Program-made: the position numbers and the translations under genes
Assembly (NCBI GenBank): GCA_964350735.1
Contig: CAYGKO010000001.1
Location: 182,578 to 246,577 of the forward strand
Length of the DNA: 64,000 bases
Direction: 5' to 3'
DNA from: an uncultured Candidatus Saccharibacteria bacterium
GTDB taxonomy: Bacteria > Patescibacteriota > Minisyncoccia > Phycocordibacterales > UBA918
Notes under the pieces: model-generated
The model's input: only the letters and a program-made list of their open reading frames with translations
Told to the model about the DNA's origin: nothing
The model's database searches: none
Shown: piece by piece, positions 9,170-17,482 of the stretch
Numbering within the stretch: the stretch's first letter is position 1
How the letters are laid out: every line of letters starts with the position of its first letter

Positions 9170-9262
9170 TTACTTTTTTTGTTTGTTGCGGTAGTACCAG
9201 TATAGATACCAAAGTGCCGGGACTGGTACCAGTAAAAGAGCAATCAAATCGAGCGTTTGCAT
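9170..9262 (-). CDS. 30-aa hydrophobic membrane peptide
   Basis: MQTLDLIALLLVPVPALWYLYWYYRNKQKK is preceded by a strong SD, AAGGAGGTGA, 8 nt upstream. A terminator lies downstream. It is not in the ORF track because it is under 60 aa. Confidence 0.35.
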   Translation of the reverse strand: MQTLDLIALLLVPVPALWYLYWYYRNKQKK

Positions 9263-9422
9263 TCTGTTCTTCACCTCCTTTTTTACTGAGGGTAATTTAA
9301 CCCGATCACTATTTTATTCAAAAATAACGTGTATTTATATTGAATATAACTATATTTATCAACCTATAAATATAGTCTACAAAATTATTGAACATTTAGG
9401 GTAAAAGTGCTACTGTACATAA

Positions 9423-10178
9423 ATGGAAGATATTAAAGCTAAACTCATCCAGGTTGGTCTCACTGACAAAGAAGCTGCGGTGTATATTGCGCTTTTAGCC
9501 ACTGGCAAAACCACTGCTTATAATCTGGCTAAAAAAGCGGGATTGAAGATCTCTACGTCGTACGTCGTCTTGGAGTCACTGCGTGAGAAAGATTTAGTCA
9601 GCAAGATCCCAGACTCCAAACGTCAGCTATTTTTAGCCACTGATCCGACCTACTTCTTCGAACGACTGAATAGCAATGTGCATGCCTTGGAGACTGTCCT
9701 CCCCAAGCTGCAGTCACTCAGCCGGCGTAAAGAAGAGTCGAGTGTGTTGGTATATGAAGGCTACGCTGGGATAAAGGACGCTTTGGAGTATAAGTTCAGC
9801 GCGATGCGCGGCAAGACCTTCAAGGGTTTGTACTCTAGTTTGCCCGACCCAGACGAGAAATTACTGCGGGTAATGACTCGCTGGAGCGACAAATGTGTGA
9901 AAGCTGGCGTGGATACCCAAGTAATTGCTCCTGATACCGCAGACTCTAAGCGGTGGGTGCAAGATACTTTAGAAAAATACACGAAAGGACTTAAGCTCAT
10001 ACCAGAGAAACTATGGTCGCCAGAGATTTCAATTGAAGTTGGTGATGGGTTTGTGCGAATTATTGATACCAAAGAACTACAGGCTGTCGTAGTAGACAAC
10101 CCAAAGGTAGCTATGGCTTTAGAGCAGTTGTTTGCGATAGTGTGGGACGGGGTTGAGGGTAATGAGGTGACTAGTTAA
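9423..10178 (+). CDS. TrmB-family transcriptional regulator
   Basis: N-terminal wHTH LTDKEAAVYIALLATGKTTAYNLAKKAGLKISTSYVVLESLREKDLV is typical of TrmB. Confidence 0.6.
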   Translation: MEDIKAKLIQVGLTDKEAAVYIALLATGKTTAYNLAKKAGLKISTSYVVLESLREKDLVSKIPDSKRQLFLATDPTYFFERLNSNVHALETVLPKLQSLSRRKEESSVLVYEGYAGIKDALEYKFSAMRGKTFKGLYSSLPDPDEKLLRVMTRWSDKCVKAGVDTQVIAPDTADSKRWVQDTLEKYTKGLKLIPEKLWSPEISIEVGDGFVRIIDTKELQAVVVDNPKVAMALEQLFAIVWDGVEGNEVTS

Positions 10179-10180
10179 GT

Positions 10181-10840
10181 ATGGAACATTTTTTACAAAC
10201 GCTGGTATTCATCGGAGCAAAATGTATGGCTGCCGTCATGGATTTTGGGATTGGAGCGCTGATTGCAGTCTCTACACTTCTTTATTTTGATCAAGAAGTG
10301 GCCTGGTATACCTTTATTATTGGCGGTTTTATGGCGCTGATACCTGATATGGACGTATTGCCAAGCATGATGCGAGGTAAAAGTTTGGAGTTTGACCATC
10401 ATCAAACACTATTCCATCATCCGCTAGTGATACTACCAATTGCGGTCATTGGTGCGTACCTGTTGGGAGGTTTTGTCTGGGCGCTTATCGCTGCAATAAG
10501 TATCACCTACCATTTCCTTCATGACACCGGCTGGTTTACAGACACCACCGGTATTAGTTGGCTATGGCCGTTTTCTAAGCGTTGCTGGACTTGGCATGGC
10601 TCTTACCCGGTGCCTGGCCACATTGACCAGCATGTGTGGCTTGGTCGGCACTGGCTTCGGCCCACCACTAAAGGCATGATTGAGATTGGGGTTGGGGTGA
10701 CCGCGCTTGGAATCGTGGTGTATCTGCAAAACTTCACTTCCCTCCTGCCCGTATTGCTAGCAAATCTCATCTTGCTCGGCACAGCCTTTGTCTGGCTTAC
10801 CGCTCGCCAACTTTCCAAAAGTAGACAAACAGAGACTTAA
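10181..10840 (+). CDS. polytopic membrane protein, putative membrane-bound metal-dependent hydrolase (YdjM/DUF457-like)
   Basis: Multiple TM segments with His-rich motifs DHHQTLFHHP and HFLHDTG. Confidence 0.35.
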   Translation: MEHFLQTLVFIGAKCMAAVMDFGIGALIAVSTLLYFDQEVAWYTFIIGGFMALIPDMDVLPSMMRGKSLEFDHHQTLFHHPLVILPIAVIGAYLLGGFVWALIAAISITYHFLHDTGWFTDTTGISWLWPFSKRCWTWHGSYPVPGHIDQHVWLGRHWLRPTTKGMIEIGVGVTALGIVVYLQNFTSLLPVLLANLILLGTAFVWLTARQLSKSRQTET

Positions 10841-10938
10841 GGAATTTAGTAATGCCTTCACTTTCAAGCACTGCTGCGCATTAGTTGTGCATTACTACTA
10901 AACTCAACTAATAAAAAAGTATATAATATACATACTTT

Positions 10939-11601
10939 ATGGTTCGGAATGAAGAAAAGTACCAATTAGCAACACATTATCGCAAACAGGGTTTTACCTA
11001 TGCTGAAATAGCTAAGATCTGTGGGGTGAGTAAGAGTACGGTGAGTGCCTGGCTCGCTGGTAAGCGTTTTTCGAAGCAGGTGAAGCAGGATAACCAGGTA
11101 CGCGCCGGTAAAGCCAATGCTAAGCGAGTGGCTTTAGTTCAGAAAGCCCGGCAGACAGAACGGACTACTCGCTATAAAGAAGCAGTTCGTTCCGCTGAGA
11201 CTGAATACAAGCACTATAAGAGTAACCCGCAGTTTATCGCTGGCTTGATGTTGTACTTGGCTAAGGGTGATCACAATGATCCGTCACAAATTCGCCTGAC
11301 AGGGCAAGATATAACCACTCACCGCATCTTCCGAACGTTCCTAATGGAGTATTTAGGAGTAGAAAAGCAAGCGGTGCGATTTTGGCTCTTGTTGCCGAGT
11401 AATGTTTCAGAAAAGGCCACTCAAAATAGCTGGAGTAAAGTACTAAAGCTCCCTGCTGGCCAGTTCGGCAAGACGCAGGTTTTAAAACAGGAGGCCAAAA
11501 GATTGCACAATGGCACGGGAAATACTATAATCGGCAACACTGTTTTGAAGCACAAGCTCATCAAATGGATCGAGTTGGCAACAAAAGAGCTAAGTAAATA
11601 G
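10939..11601 (+). CDS. HTH domain protein
   Basis: N-terminal GFTYAEIAKICGVSKSTVSAWLAG is an HTH. The rest is basic and unassigned. Confidence 0.4.
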   Translation: MVRNEEKYQLATHYRKQGFTYAEIAKICGVSKSTVSAWLAGKRFSKQVKQDNQVRAGKANAKRVALVQKARQTERTTRYKEAVRSAETEYKHYKSNPQFIAGLMLYLAKGDHNDPSQIRLTGQDITTHRIFRTFLMEYLGVEKQAVRFWLLLPSNVSEKATQNSWSKVLKLPAGQFGKTQVLKQEAKRLHNGTGNTIIGNTVLKHKLIKWIELATKELSK

Positions 11602-11607
11602 TCATTG

Positions 11608-11678
11608 CGGCCTTGGTTAAGTGGTATAATGGGTCCTTGCCAAGGATCAGTCGGGGTTTCGATTACCCCAGGCCGCAC
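11608..11678 (+). tRNA. tRNA-Gly(GCC); no encoded CCA
   Basis: Hand-folded: acceptor GCGGCCT/AGGCCGC, anticodon stem GGTCC/GGATC, loop TTGCCAA, T arm GGGGT-TTCGATT-ACCCC. A hairpin terminator, CCCCCAGTAGGGGG plus a T-run, follows. Confidence 0.75.
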
Positions 11679-11802
11679 AAAACTTCCCCCAGTAGGGGGA
11701 TTTTGTGTGTTTAGAGACAGGGTGTTTGTACTCGTTGCCCCAAATTGAAAATTTGTCTATTTTGTAACCTTCAGCTCTGCAATCTGGTATCATAGGGTAC
11801 TT

Positions 11803-12954
11803 ATGGCACGAGTTGCGATTACGGAGTATGCGGCTAAAAAATTAGTCTTTGGTGATAGGTATCACGGGCTGACCGTTACGCCACAGAGTCTAGCTGATTT
11901 TTCGGTCCCCGCTGGTGATTACATTGTAAAAATTGACGTTGGGATCAAAAAACGAGGTAAACAAAGCTTAGTTCGACTTAACGTAGCTGCAAAAGATGTG
12001 CCTTCAGCAGCTAATGAGCTTTTTGCGCTTGGCTACGGTCGTTGTGTCGTGGAGGTGATGGTGCCACATAAAACAGATGCGGAGCGATATCTTTCACTCG
12101 ATGTACACCGCACTGGCTTGCAGTTGATCCACTCTGAAAAAGGCGGGGTGGAGATTGAGGCGGCGGCTGAAGCTGATATCAAGCGGACACTCGTACCTTT
12201 GCAGGAATTCTTGAGTGACACACCGTTGATCGAGATCGACGGTGTGTCACTCCCCTACTTACTCGAGCAGATGGCGCGGTATCACTTTTCGTTTATGGAG
12301 ATAAATCCCTATATTATCGCTGATAATACGTTGATTGCTCTTGATATGGCGGTTGAGATTGATTCAACTAAAGAAAATAAGCTGCCAGCGTGGGTACATG
12401 AACATATTTTGCATAAAAAAGCGGCCAGTGAGCAAGAGGCGCGGGTGCTTGAACAAGATGCGCGCACTCAAGCCGCCCTTAATTTACATACCCTTAATCC
12501 AGACGGTTCGATCTTGACCCTTTTGTCTGGGGGTGGCGCCAGTTTAGTCGGTCTCGATTCTCTCGTCACTGCTGGTTTACAAGCAGAGGTGATTAATTAT
12601 AGTGAGTATAGTGGCGCTCCGACACGCGACGAAACGGCTGCGTATGTCAGCACCCTCCTTGAAGTGTTGTTTAATTCTACCGCTAATACTAAAGTTATTT
12701 TGATCGCCGGTGGGGTGGCAAATTTTACTGACGTCCTGGCTACCTTCCAGGGAATTGTTGATGCGTTTACTGACAATCTTGAACAATTACAGGCGCAAAA
12801 CGTGTATGTCTGCGTCCGGCGTGGTGGTCCGAACCAAGAGAATGGCTTGGCCCACCTGCGTAACTGGCTTGATGAGCATGATATTCCTAATGATGTCCAC
12901 GACCCTTCCCTGTCGCTTGGTGAAGTTGGTAACTTGGTAAAAGCACATATATGA
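11803..12954 (+). CDS. aclB: ATP-citrate lyase beta-like subunit (ATP-grasp, SucC-like)
   Basis: Long collinear similarity to the ACLY N-terminal region: FMEINPY, LNPDGSILTLLSGGGASLV, NYSEYSGAPT, ILIAGGVANFTDVLATFQGIV, VCVRRGGPNQENGL. Confidence 0.7.
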   Translation: MARVAITEYAAKKLVFGDRYHGLTVTPQSLADFSVPAGDYIVKIDVGIKKRGKQSLVRLNVAAKDVPSAANELFALGYGRCVVEVMVPHKTDAERYLSLDVHRTGLQLIHSEKGGVEIEAAAEADIKRTLVPLQEFLSDTPLIEIDGVSLPYLLEQMARYHFSFMEINPYIIADNTLIALDMAVEIDSTKENKLPAWVHEHILHKKAASEQEARVLEQDARTQAALNLHTLNPDGSILTLLSGGGASLVGLDSLVTAGLQAEVINYSEYSGAPTRDETAAYVSTLLEVLFNSTANTKVILIAGGVANFTDVLATFQGIVDAFTDNLEQLQAQNVYVCVRRGGPNQENGLAHLRNWLDEHDIPNDVHDPSLSLGEVGNLVKAHI

Positions 12955-14675
12955 TAAACGAGATTCGAAATGGTGAGCCGAAGATTTTAGTAGCGGGTAA
13001 TCACGTGAAGATTATCCAGTCTATTCTTGATTTTGACTACGCAGCGGGGAAAGAATCACCGAGTGTGGTGGGGATTATTTCGGCCGGTCGCAAAAGCCAG
13101 AAGCTTTTCTGGGGTGATGGCGAGGTCTTGGTGCCGGTAGTGCCCGACGTTGAGGCAGCAAAAAAGTCTGCATTTGAGCCAGATTTCCTGCTTTGTATCA
13201 CTTCAGCTTCAAGTACACCACGGATGGCCAAAGCCTTTTTTACCGCCTTTCCGGCGGCTGTCGGCGCCCATCTCTTTGCTGAAGGGGTGGCCGAGCGCGA
13301 TGCCCTTCAGTTGATCGAAGCGTATGGCGAAGAGAAGCTTATTCTCGGTGCTTCGGGGGTTGGTCTTTGTGTACCAGGCAGCCTTAAACTAGGCGCTATT
13401 GGCGGTGTTTTAGGGGCTCGTCTTGCTGAGCTCGGTCGGACACGAGGTCACACGGCGGTGATCTGTAGTTCTGGAGGCATGGTCAACGAACTCATGTACC
13501 AAGTAGTGACGGCTGGTAGTGGAATTAGTTTCGCTGCCTGCTATGGTGGTGACCGTTTCCCGGTCACTTCCCCGCTACAATGGCTCATGCACGCTCAAAA
13601 TGACCCAGAGACTAAAGATATTGTCTATTTCGGTGAACTAGGTGGTGATGATGAATATACGCTCCGAGGCGCCATTACAGCTGGCGATATCACTAAGCCA
13701 GTCTATGCCTATATTGCTGGCCGCTACGAAAGTCAGGATGAAACCATCCAATTTGGCCATGCCAAAGCCCTCGCTAAAGCTGAATCTGAGACAGCAGCGG
13801 CTAAAATGGCTGCTTTGGCTGCTGTTGGAGTGAACGTCAGTGATACTTTTAATGATTTTATGGCAGCTTTTACTTTGCTTTCACGTGAAACCAGTGTTGG
13901 CGAGTCAGTTCGGGACTGGAGTGAACGCCCGGCTCATCTACAGCCGACCGCCTACTCAGCTCCGGCTTATACGGGTGCCCATTCGGCCAGCTTTACCGAA
14001 GGTATTTTGGCTCGCATTCTCGGTCGCAGCAGTGTTTCACGGGAAACCGCTGCCTTTGCTGAACTAATCTTTGCGCAGTTGATCGATCATGGACCACATG
14101 TGTCAGGAGCGGTAAATACCATGATCACTACACGAGCTGGCCGTGACCTTAGCTCAGCCCTGGCTACAGGTGTTCTGACGGTTGGTGATCGCTTTGGTGG
14201 CGCTATCAACGGTGCTGCTCAGATTTGGCACGATGCTGTTTCACGTGGCATCACTGCCGATGATCTGGTGACAGACTACAGCCAGCAGCGCCGTTATATT
14301 TTAGGTATCGGACACCGAAAATACTCAGTGTATAAGCCAGATCCGCGCGTACAAGCCTTGATTGAGCATGGTAAAAATGTTCTACGTGAAACACCGCACC
14401 TTGATTTTGCCTTGTCAGTTGAGACAATCACCGCTAAAAAGCGCGCTAACCTGATTTTGAATGTGGACGGTGTTATTTCGGCTCTATTTACAGACTATTT
14501 GATTGCCAAAGAAGACTTTACAGCGAAAGACATCGCTGAACTTATTGATATTGAATTCTACAATGCCTTGTTTCTCATTCCTCGTTCAGTAGGGTTTGTT
14601 GGAAATTACCTGGATCAAAAGCGGATTGACGAGGGATTATTCCGTTTGGGCGACAAAGATAGCTATAATTTTTAG
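12951..14675 (+). CDS. aclA: ATP-citrate lyase alpha-like subunit (CoA-binding SucD-like plus citrate-synthase-like domain)
   Basis: LDFDYAAGKESPSVV, catalytic-His motif QFGHAKA, and citrate-synthase-like HGPHVSGAVNTMITTRAGRDL...VGDRFGGA...ILGIGHR...ILNVDG...GFVGNYLDQKR. A 4-nt overlap with aclB suggests translational coupling. Confidence 0.7.
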   Translation: MINEIRNGEPKILVAGNHVKIIQSILDFDYAAGKESPSVVGIISAGRKSQKLFWGDGEVLVPVVPDVEAAKKSAFEPDFLLCITSASSTPRMAKAFFTAFPAAVGAHLFAEGVAERDALQLIEAYGEEKLILGASGVGLCVPGSLKLGAIGGVLGARLAELGRTRGHTAVICSSGGMVNELMYQVVTAGSGISFAACYGGDRFPVTSPLQWLMHAQNDPETKDIVYFGELGGDDEYTLRGAITAGDITKPVYAYIAGRYESQDETIQFGHAKALAKAESETAAAKMAALAAVGVNVSDTFNDFMAAFTLLSRETSVGESVRDWSERPAHLQPTAYSAPAYTGAHSASFTEGILARILGRSSVSRETAAFAELIFAQLIDHGPHVSGAVNTMITTRAGRDLSSALATGVLTVGDRFGGAINGAAQIWHDAVSRGITADDLVTDYSQQRRYILGIGHRKYSVYKPDPRVQALIEHGKNVLRETPHLDFALSVETITAKKRANLILNVDGVISALFTDYLIAKEDFTAKDIAELIDIEFYNALFLIPRSVGFVGNYLDQKRIDEGLFRLGDKDSYNF

Positions 14676-15922
14676 CCATGGAGTTTCCTGGTAGGAACTA
14701 AATACCCAGCCAGGGCGTTTGTTTATCATAAAAAGGCGTGTACCATGGTTCCACATGGAACAGATACTTCTGGCAGCTGGTATTTTCTCGTTTATTTTCG
14801 GATTAGACTATTTACGCTACCTGCTCTTCCCCGCTACCTACCGGTATGTTTCATATGAAACATATATTTTGTATATCATTGGCGTAGTGGCCACGTTTGT
14901 AGTATTTATCGATGAAATCAGTCTTTTTATCGGTGATCGGTTACACGTGGAACTGATTTACTTGTTCATTCTCTTTTTTACGGCCCTGGGGTGTTCAATT
15001 GCCATGAAACGCCACGGTGTGAACATTTGTACGACAATACTTCGATCATATAAGTGTATTTCCCCACTGTACGTACTTATAAAGACCAAAGAGCTTTTAC
15101 TCCAACAGACCTTATTTGTAGTACTAGCTGTGGGTGTTTCACGTGAAATCGGAACTGGTTTTTGGGCAGTACTCACCTTTATATTAGTTTCACTCTTGGT
15201 TCAAATACCGATAATGTTGCATGTGAAACACTTTTGGCGCTACTTATACCTAGGAATAATGGGGTTTGCTAGTGTTATTTTCTTTTATACCTATGTTTCT
15301 CTAGAATTATTCTGGCCAGCAATGTATGTACATGCGGTTATCTATACGTTTATCTGGCTTTCACTGGCTGATCCATCCGATGATTGGGGGTAACTGTGGA
15401 AAACTAAGTGGATAGGTGGATAAAGGACAGGTATTTAAAATATTTAAAAATTATGAATATGCCTATAAATAAGGGTTTAAGTAAAATATGTGTCTTTTTA
15501 TCGAAATAAGAACCAATATGTTTCACGTGGCACATACATATATTGTTCCATATGAAACAAAGTGATAAAAAAGGCTCTAAGAACCAAGTGGGTGCATATG
15601 GTGAGGAGATCTGTGTACAGTACCTGAAGAATAAAGGGTTTAAGATCCTCGGTGTTAATTACCTTAAAAAATGGGGTGAAATTGATGTAATTGCGAAACA
15701 AGGAAAAGTGGTTCATTTTGTGGAAGTGAAGACTGTTTCATATGAAACTAAAGTGACACTAGAAGAAGCAGTTTCACGTGGAAACTGGCGTCCGGAAGAA
15801 CAAGTACATGCCTTTAAGCTCAAGAAGCTTAGTCGGGTGATAGAAATTTGGCTGCTAGAACAAGCTTGGGAAGGAGAGTGGCAGATTGATGTCGCTGCAG
15901 TACGTATTGTGCCACGTGAAAC
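13878..15922. repeat. cluster of 11 parS-like palindromes (consensus GTTYCAYRTGRAAC, matching the ParB/Spo0J site tGTTtCAcGTGAAAcA)
   Basis: Hand-located sites: 13878-13891, 14034-14047, 14748-14761, 14848-14861 (perfect), 15136-15149, 15216-15229, 15520-15533, 15545-15558, 15735-15748 (perfect), 15771-15785, 15909-15922. Confidence 0.65.
14755..15393 (+). CDS. polytopic membrane protein, hypothetical
   Basis: Highly hydrophobic ORF. The tracked start is TTG at 14719, and the ATG start MEQILLAAG at 14755 is preferred. It contains several parS-like sites. Confidence 0.4.
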   Translation: MEQILLAAGIFSFIFGLDYLRYLLFPATYRYVSYETYILYIIGVVATFVVFIDEISLFIGDRLHVELIYLFILFFTALGCSIAMKRHGVNICTTILRSYKCISPLYVLIKTKELLLQQTLFVVLAVGVSREIGTGFWAVLTFILVSLLVQIPIMLHVKHFWRYLYLGIMGFASVIFFYTYVSLELFWPAMYVHAVIYTFIWLSLADPSDDWG

Positions 15923-15965
15923 ATACGCCACGATGAAATATATCCCTAATATTATAGCTGATTAG
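15543..15965 (+). CDS. YraN/UPF0102-family endonuclease-like protein
   Basis: GEEICVQYLKNKGFKILGVNYL..GEIDVIAKQGKVVHFVEVKT matches the YraN consensus. Four parS-like sites are embedded. Confidence 0.55.
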   Translation: MFHMKQSDKKGSKNQVGAYGEEICVQYLKNKGFKILGVNYLKKWGEIDVIAKQGKVVHFVEVKTVSYETKVTLEEAVSRGNWRPEEQVHAFKLKKLSRVIEIWLLEQAWEGEWQIDVAAVRIVPRETYATMKYIPNIIAD

Positions 15966-15999
15966 TGATATCTGGGCATAAAAGACAAGGTGTCTTTTA

Positions 16000-16300
16000 T
16001 TACTTAGTCACTGCTGTAATCCAAGCTTCATAGCTATCGTTTGTAAGGGTAGCGATTTTAATGACGCAGGGTGTTTTATATGGATGCAGCTCAAGTATGC
16101 GAGTCTCTAATTCAGTCCAGAGAGAGCTTTTTGTTTTATATAGAGCAACTATCTTAGTTTCAGTAGTTGTTTGACCATTCCAGACCAAACAAGCCTAAAT
16201 TGAGGAGTAATTAACACAAGCAATCAATTTCTCTTCTGGGAGGATCTCTGTTATTTTTTGTGCCTGAGTTTTGTTCTCAGGGTTGTATATACGAGTATCA
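16000..16300 (-). pseudogene. cutA: divalent-cation tolerance protein CutA interrupted by an in-frame TAG
   Basis: Upstream part ...IYNPENKTQAQKITEILPEEKLIACVNYSSI-TAG(16195-16197). Same-frame continuation ACLVWNGQTTTETKIVALYKT...ELHPYKTPCVIKIA...YEAWI. Collinear with the CutA1 consensus (AACVN...YRWKGE...ELHPYEVPE). Confidence 0.5.
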
Positions 16301-16427
16301 CATCTATGAGTGTACGACTCGCTTTTTTGTAAGTGAAGTGGTATGATTTGGCCCACGAAATTAGTGTCAACGGAGTTTGTTATCTTTGTGTACTTTGTAC
16401 TCAACGAAACAATCTCCCAGATTGTTT

Positions 16428-16498
16428 CGGGGTGTAGCATAGTGGTAGTGTACGCGCTTTGGGAGCGTGTGGTCCGGGTTCGATTCCCGGCTCCCCGA
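16428..16498 (+). tRNA. tRNA-Pro(UGG); no encoded CCA
   Basis: Acceptor CGGGGTG/CTCCCCG with one T-T mismatch. Anticodon stem CGCGC/GCGTG with loop TTTGGGA. T arm CCGGG-TTCGATT-CCCGG. Resembles E. coli tRNA-Pro. An 11-bp-arm hairpin (16404-16429) abuts the 5' end, and a terminator hairpin lies at about 16510-16535. Confidence 0.65.
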
Positions 16499-16556
16499 CA
16501 AATTAAGCAAAAGAAAAGCACCGTTAGGTGCTTTTCTTTTGGTATACTGGAGCGAT

Positions 16557-17438
16557 ATGGAACTATGGTTTTGGGCGGCGGTAGCAACCACTGTTTTAGC
16601 AGGACTAAGTAACTTTTATTTTAAGGTGGCAGCAAGTCGTGGTTATGATGCGGAACTGTTTGGTCTGTACGGTGGAGGGTTATCACTCGTTTTGGTGCTA
16701 ATAGGCTGGTTAACCTTCCCGGCTCCTTTGCTAGCGCAAGGGTTTATGTATGCTGCCTTGGCGTTTGGAGGTGGTTTATTAATTTCAGGCAATAACATTG
16801 GTAAAATCTATGCCTTGAGACATATTGATGCCACGGTGTATTATCCACTGTATAAGCTTCTCGCACCTTTATTGGCGATTGTAGCCGGTGTTACGTTCTT
16901 CAGTGAAAGATTCAGTACTTTTGAATGGTTCGGTATGACATTAAGTTTGTTAGTGCCTTTGATGCTTATTACAAAATCAGAGAATGGGCGTCAGAATAAT
17001 TTAATTAGTGGACTGCTACTTGTTCTAATGACAGGTATATTTTCAGCAGGAGGGGCTTTTTTATATAAATTAGCTAGTGATGCTGGTATGGCGACAGTAG
17101 CGATACTTTTGTATTCCTCAACAGGACTACTAATCGGTTCTTTGTTGACTATGTGGTACAAGTCAGGTATTAAAAATATCAAATTGAGAATTTTTGAAAA
17201 TACTAGTGTGGGCTTATTAATTGCAGCTAGTATGCGAGCGACATTAATTACGCTGGCCTTTGTTTGTACATTGTTTGCTTTTAAATCAAATGGGCCATTT
17301 GCTGTAGTGATGACAATTCAATCAATGTATATTTTGATCCCGATTGTGTTAGCAATTATTTTCTACAACGAACACTGGAATGCTCAAAAGGTTGCAGCGA
17401 TACTATTGTCGGTAGCCGCTTTGGCTCTTTTGGGATAA
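16557..17438 (+). CDS. EamA/DMT-superfamily transporter
   Basis: About 10 TM segments with duplicated EamA-like halves. Start reset to MELWFW because the tracked N-terminus runs over the tRNA and its terminator. Confidence 0.5.
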   Translation: MELWFWAAVATTVLAGLSNFYFKVAASRGYDAELFGLYGGGLSLVLVLIGWLTFPAPLLAQGFMYAALAFGGGLLISGNNIGKIYALRHIDATVYYPLYKLLAPLLAIVAGVTFFSERFSTFEWFGMTLSLLVPLMLITKSENGRQNNLISGLLLVLMTGIFSAGGAFLYKLASDAGMATVAILLYSSTGLLIGSLLTMWYKSGIKNIKLRIFENTSVGLLIAASMRATLITLAFVCTLFAFKSNGPFAVVMTIQSMYILIPIVLAIIFYNEHWNAQKVAAILLSVAALALLG

Positions 17439-17482
17439 GGAAGTGGGGTTTGCTATACTGATACAAATTAAAATGCAGATCT

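Noticed and set aside
11421-11678. 85-aa minus-strand ORF
   Set aside because: It overlaps tRNA-Gly(GCC) and the 3' end of the HTH gene and has no coding signal.
13878-15922. MITE or in-frame palindromic-element insertions (RPE-like) as the source of the GTTTCAYRTGAAAC copies inside CDSs
   Set aside because: The YraN-like protein aligns to its family without an insertion at the motif positions, so the motif lies within normal codons. A 14-bp unit is too short for a MITE. The match to the parS consensus is a better explanation.
16195-16197. Stop-codon reassignment (TAG as sense) to explain the cutA in-frame TAG
   Set aside because: TAG clearly terminates xth (IELTI-TAG at 4925). Other genes end at conserved C-termini with normal stops. 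Nonsense mutation or sequencing error is more parsimonious.
16195-16612. ORFs 16195..16587 (-), 16343..16612 (+) and 16367..16591 (-) over the tRNA-Pro region
   Set aside because: They overlap a well-folding tRNA-Pro and its flanking hairpins. The only meaningful part is the cutA fragment at the 3' end of 16195..16587.
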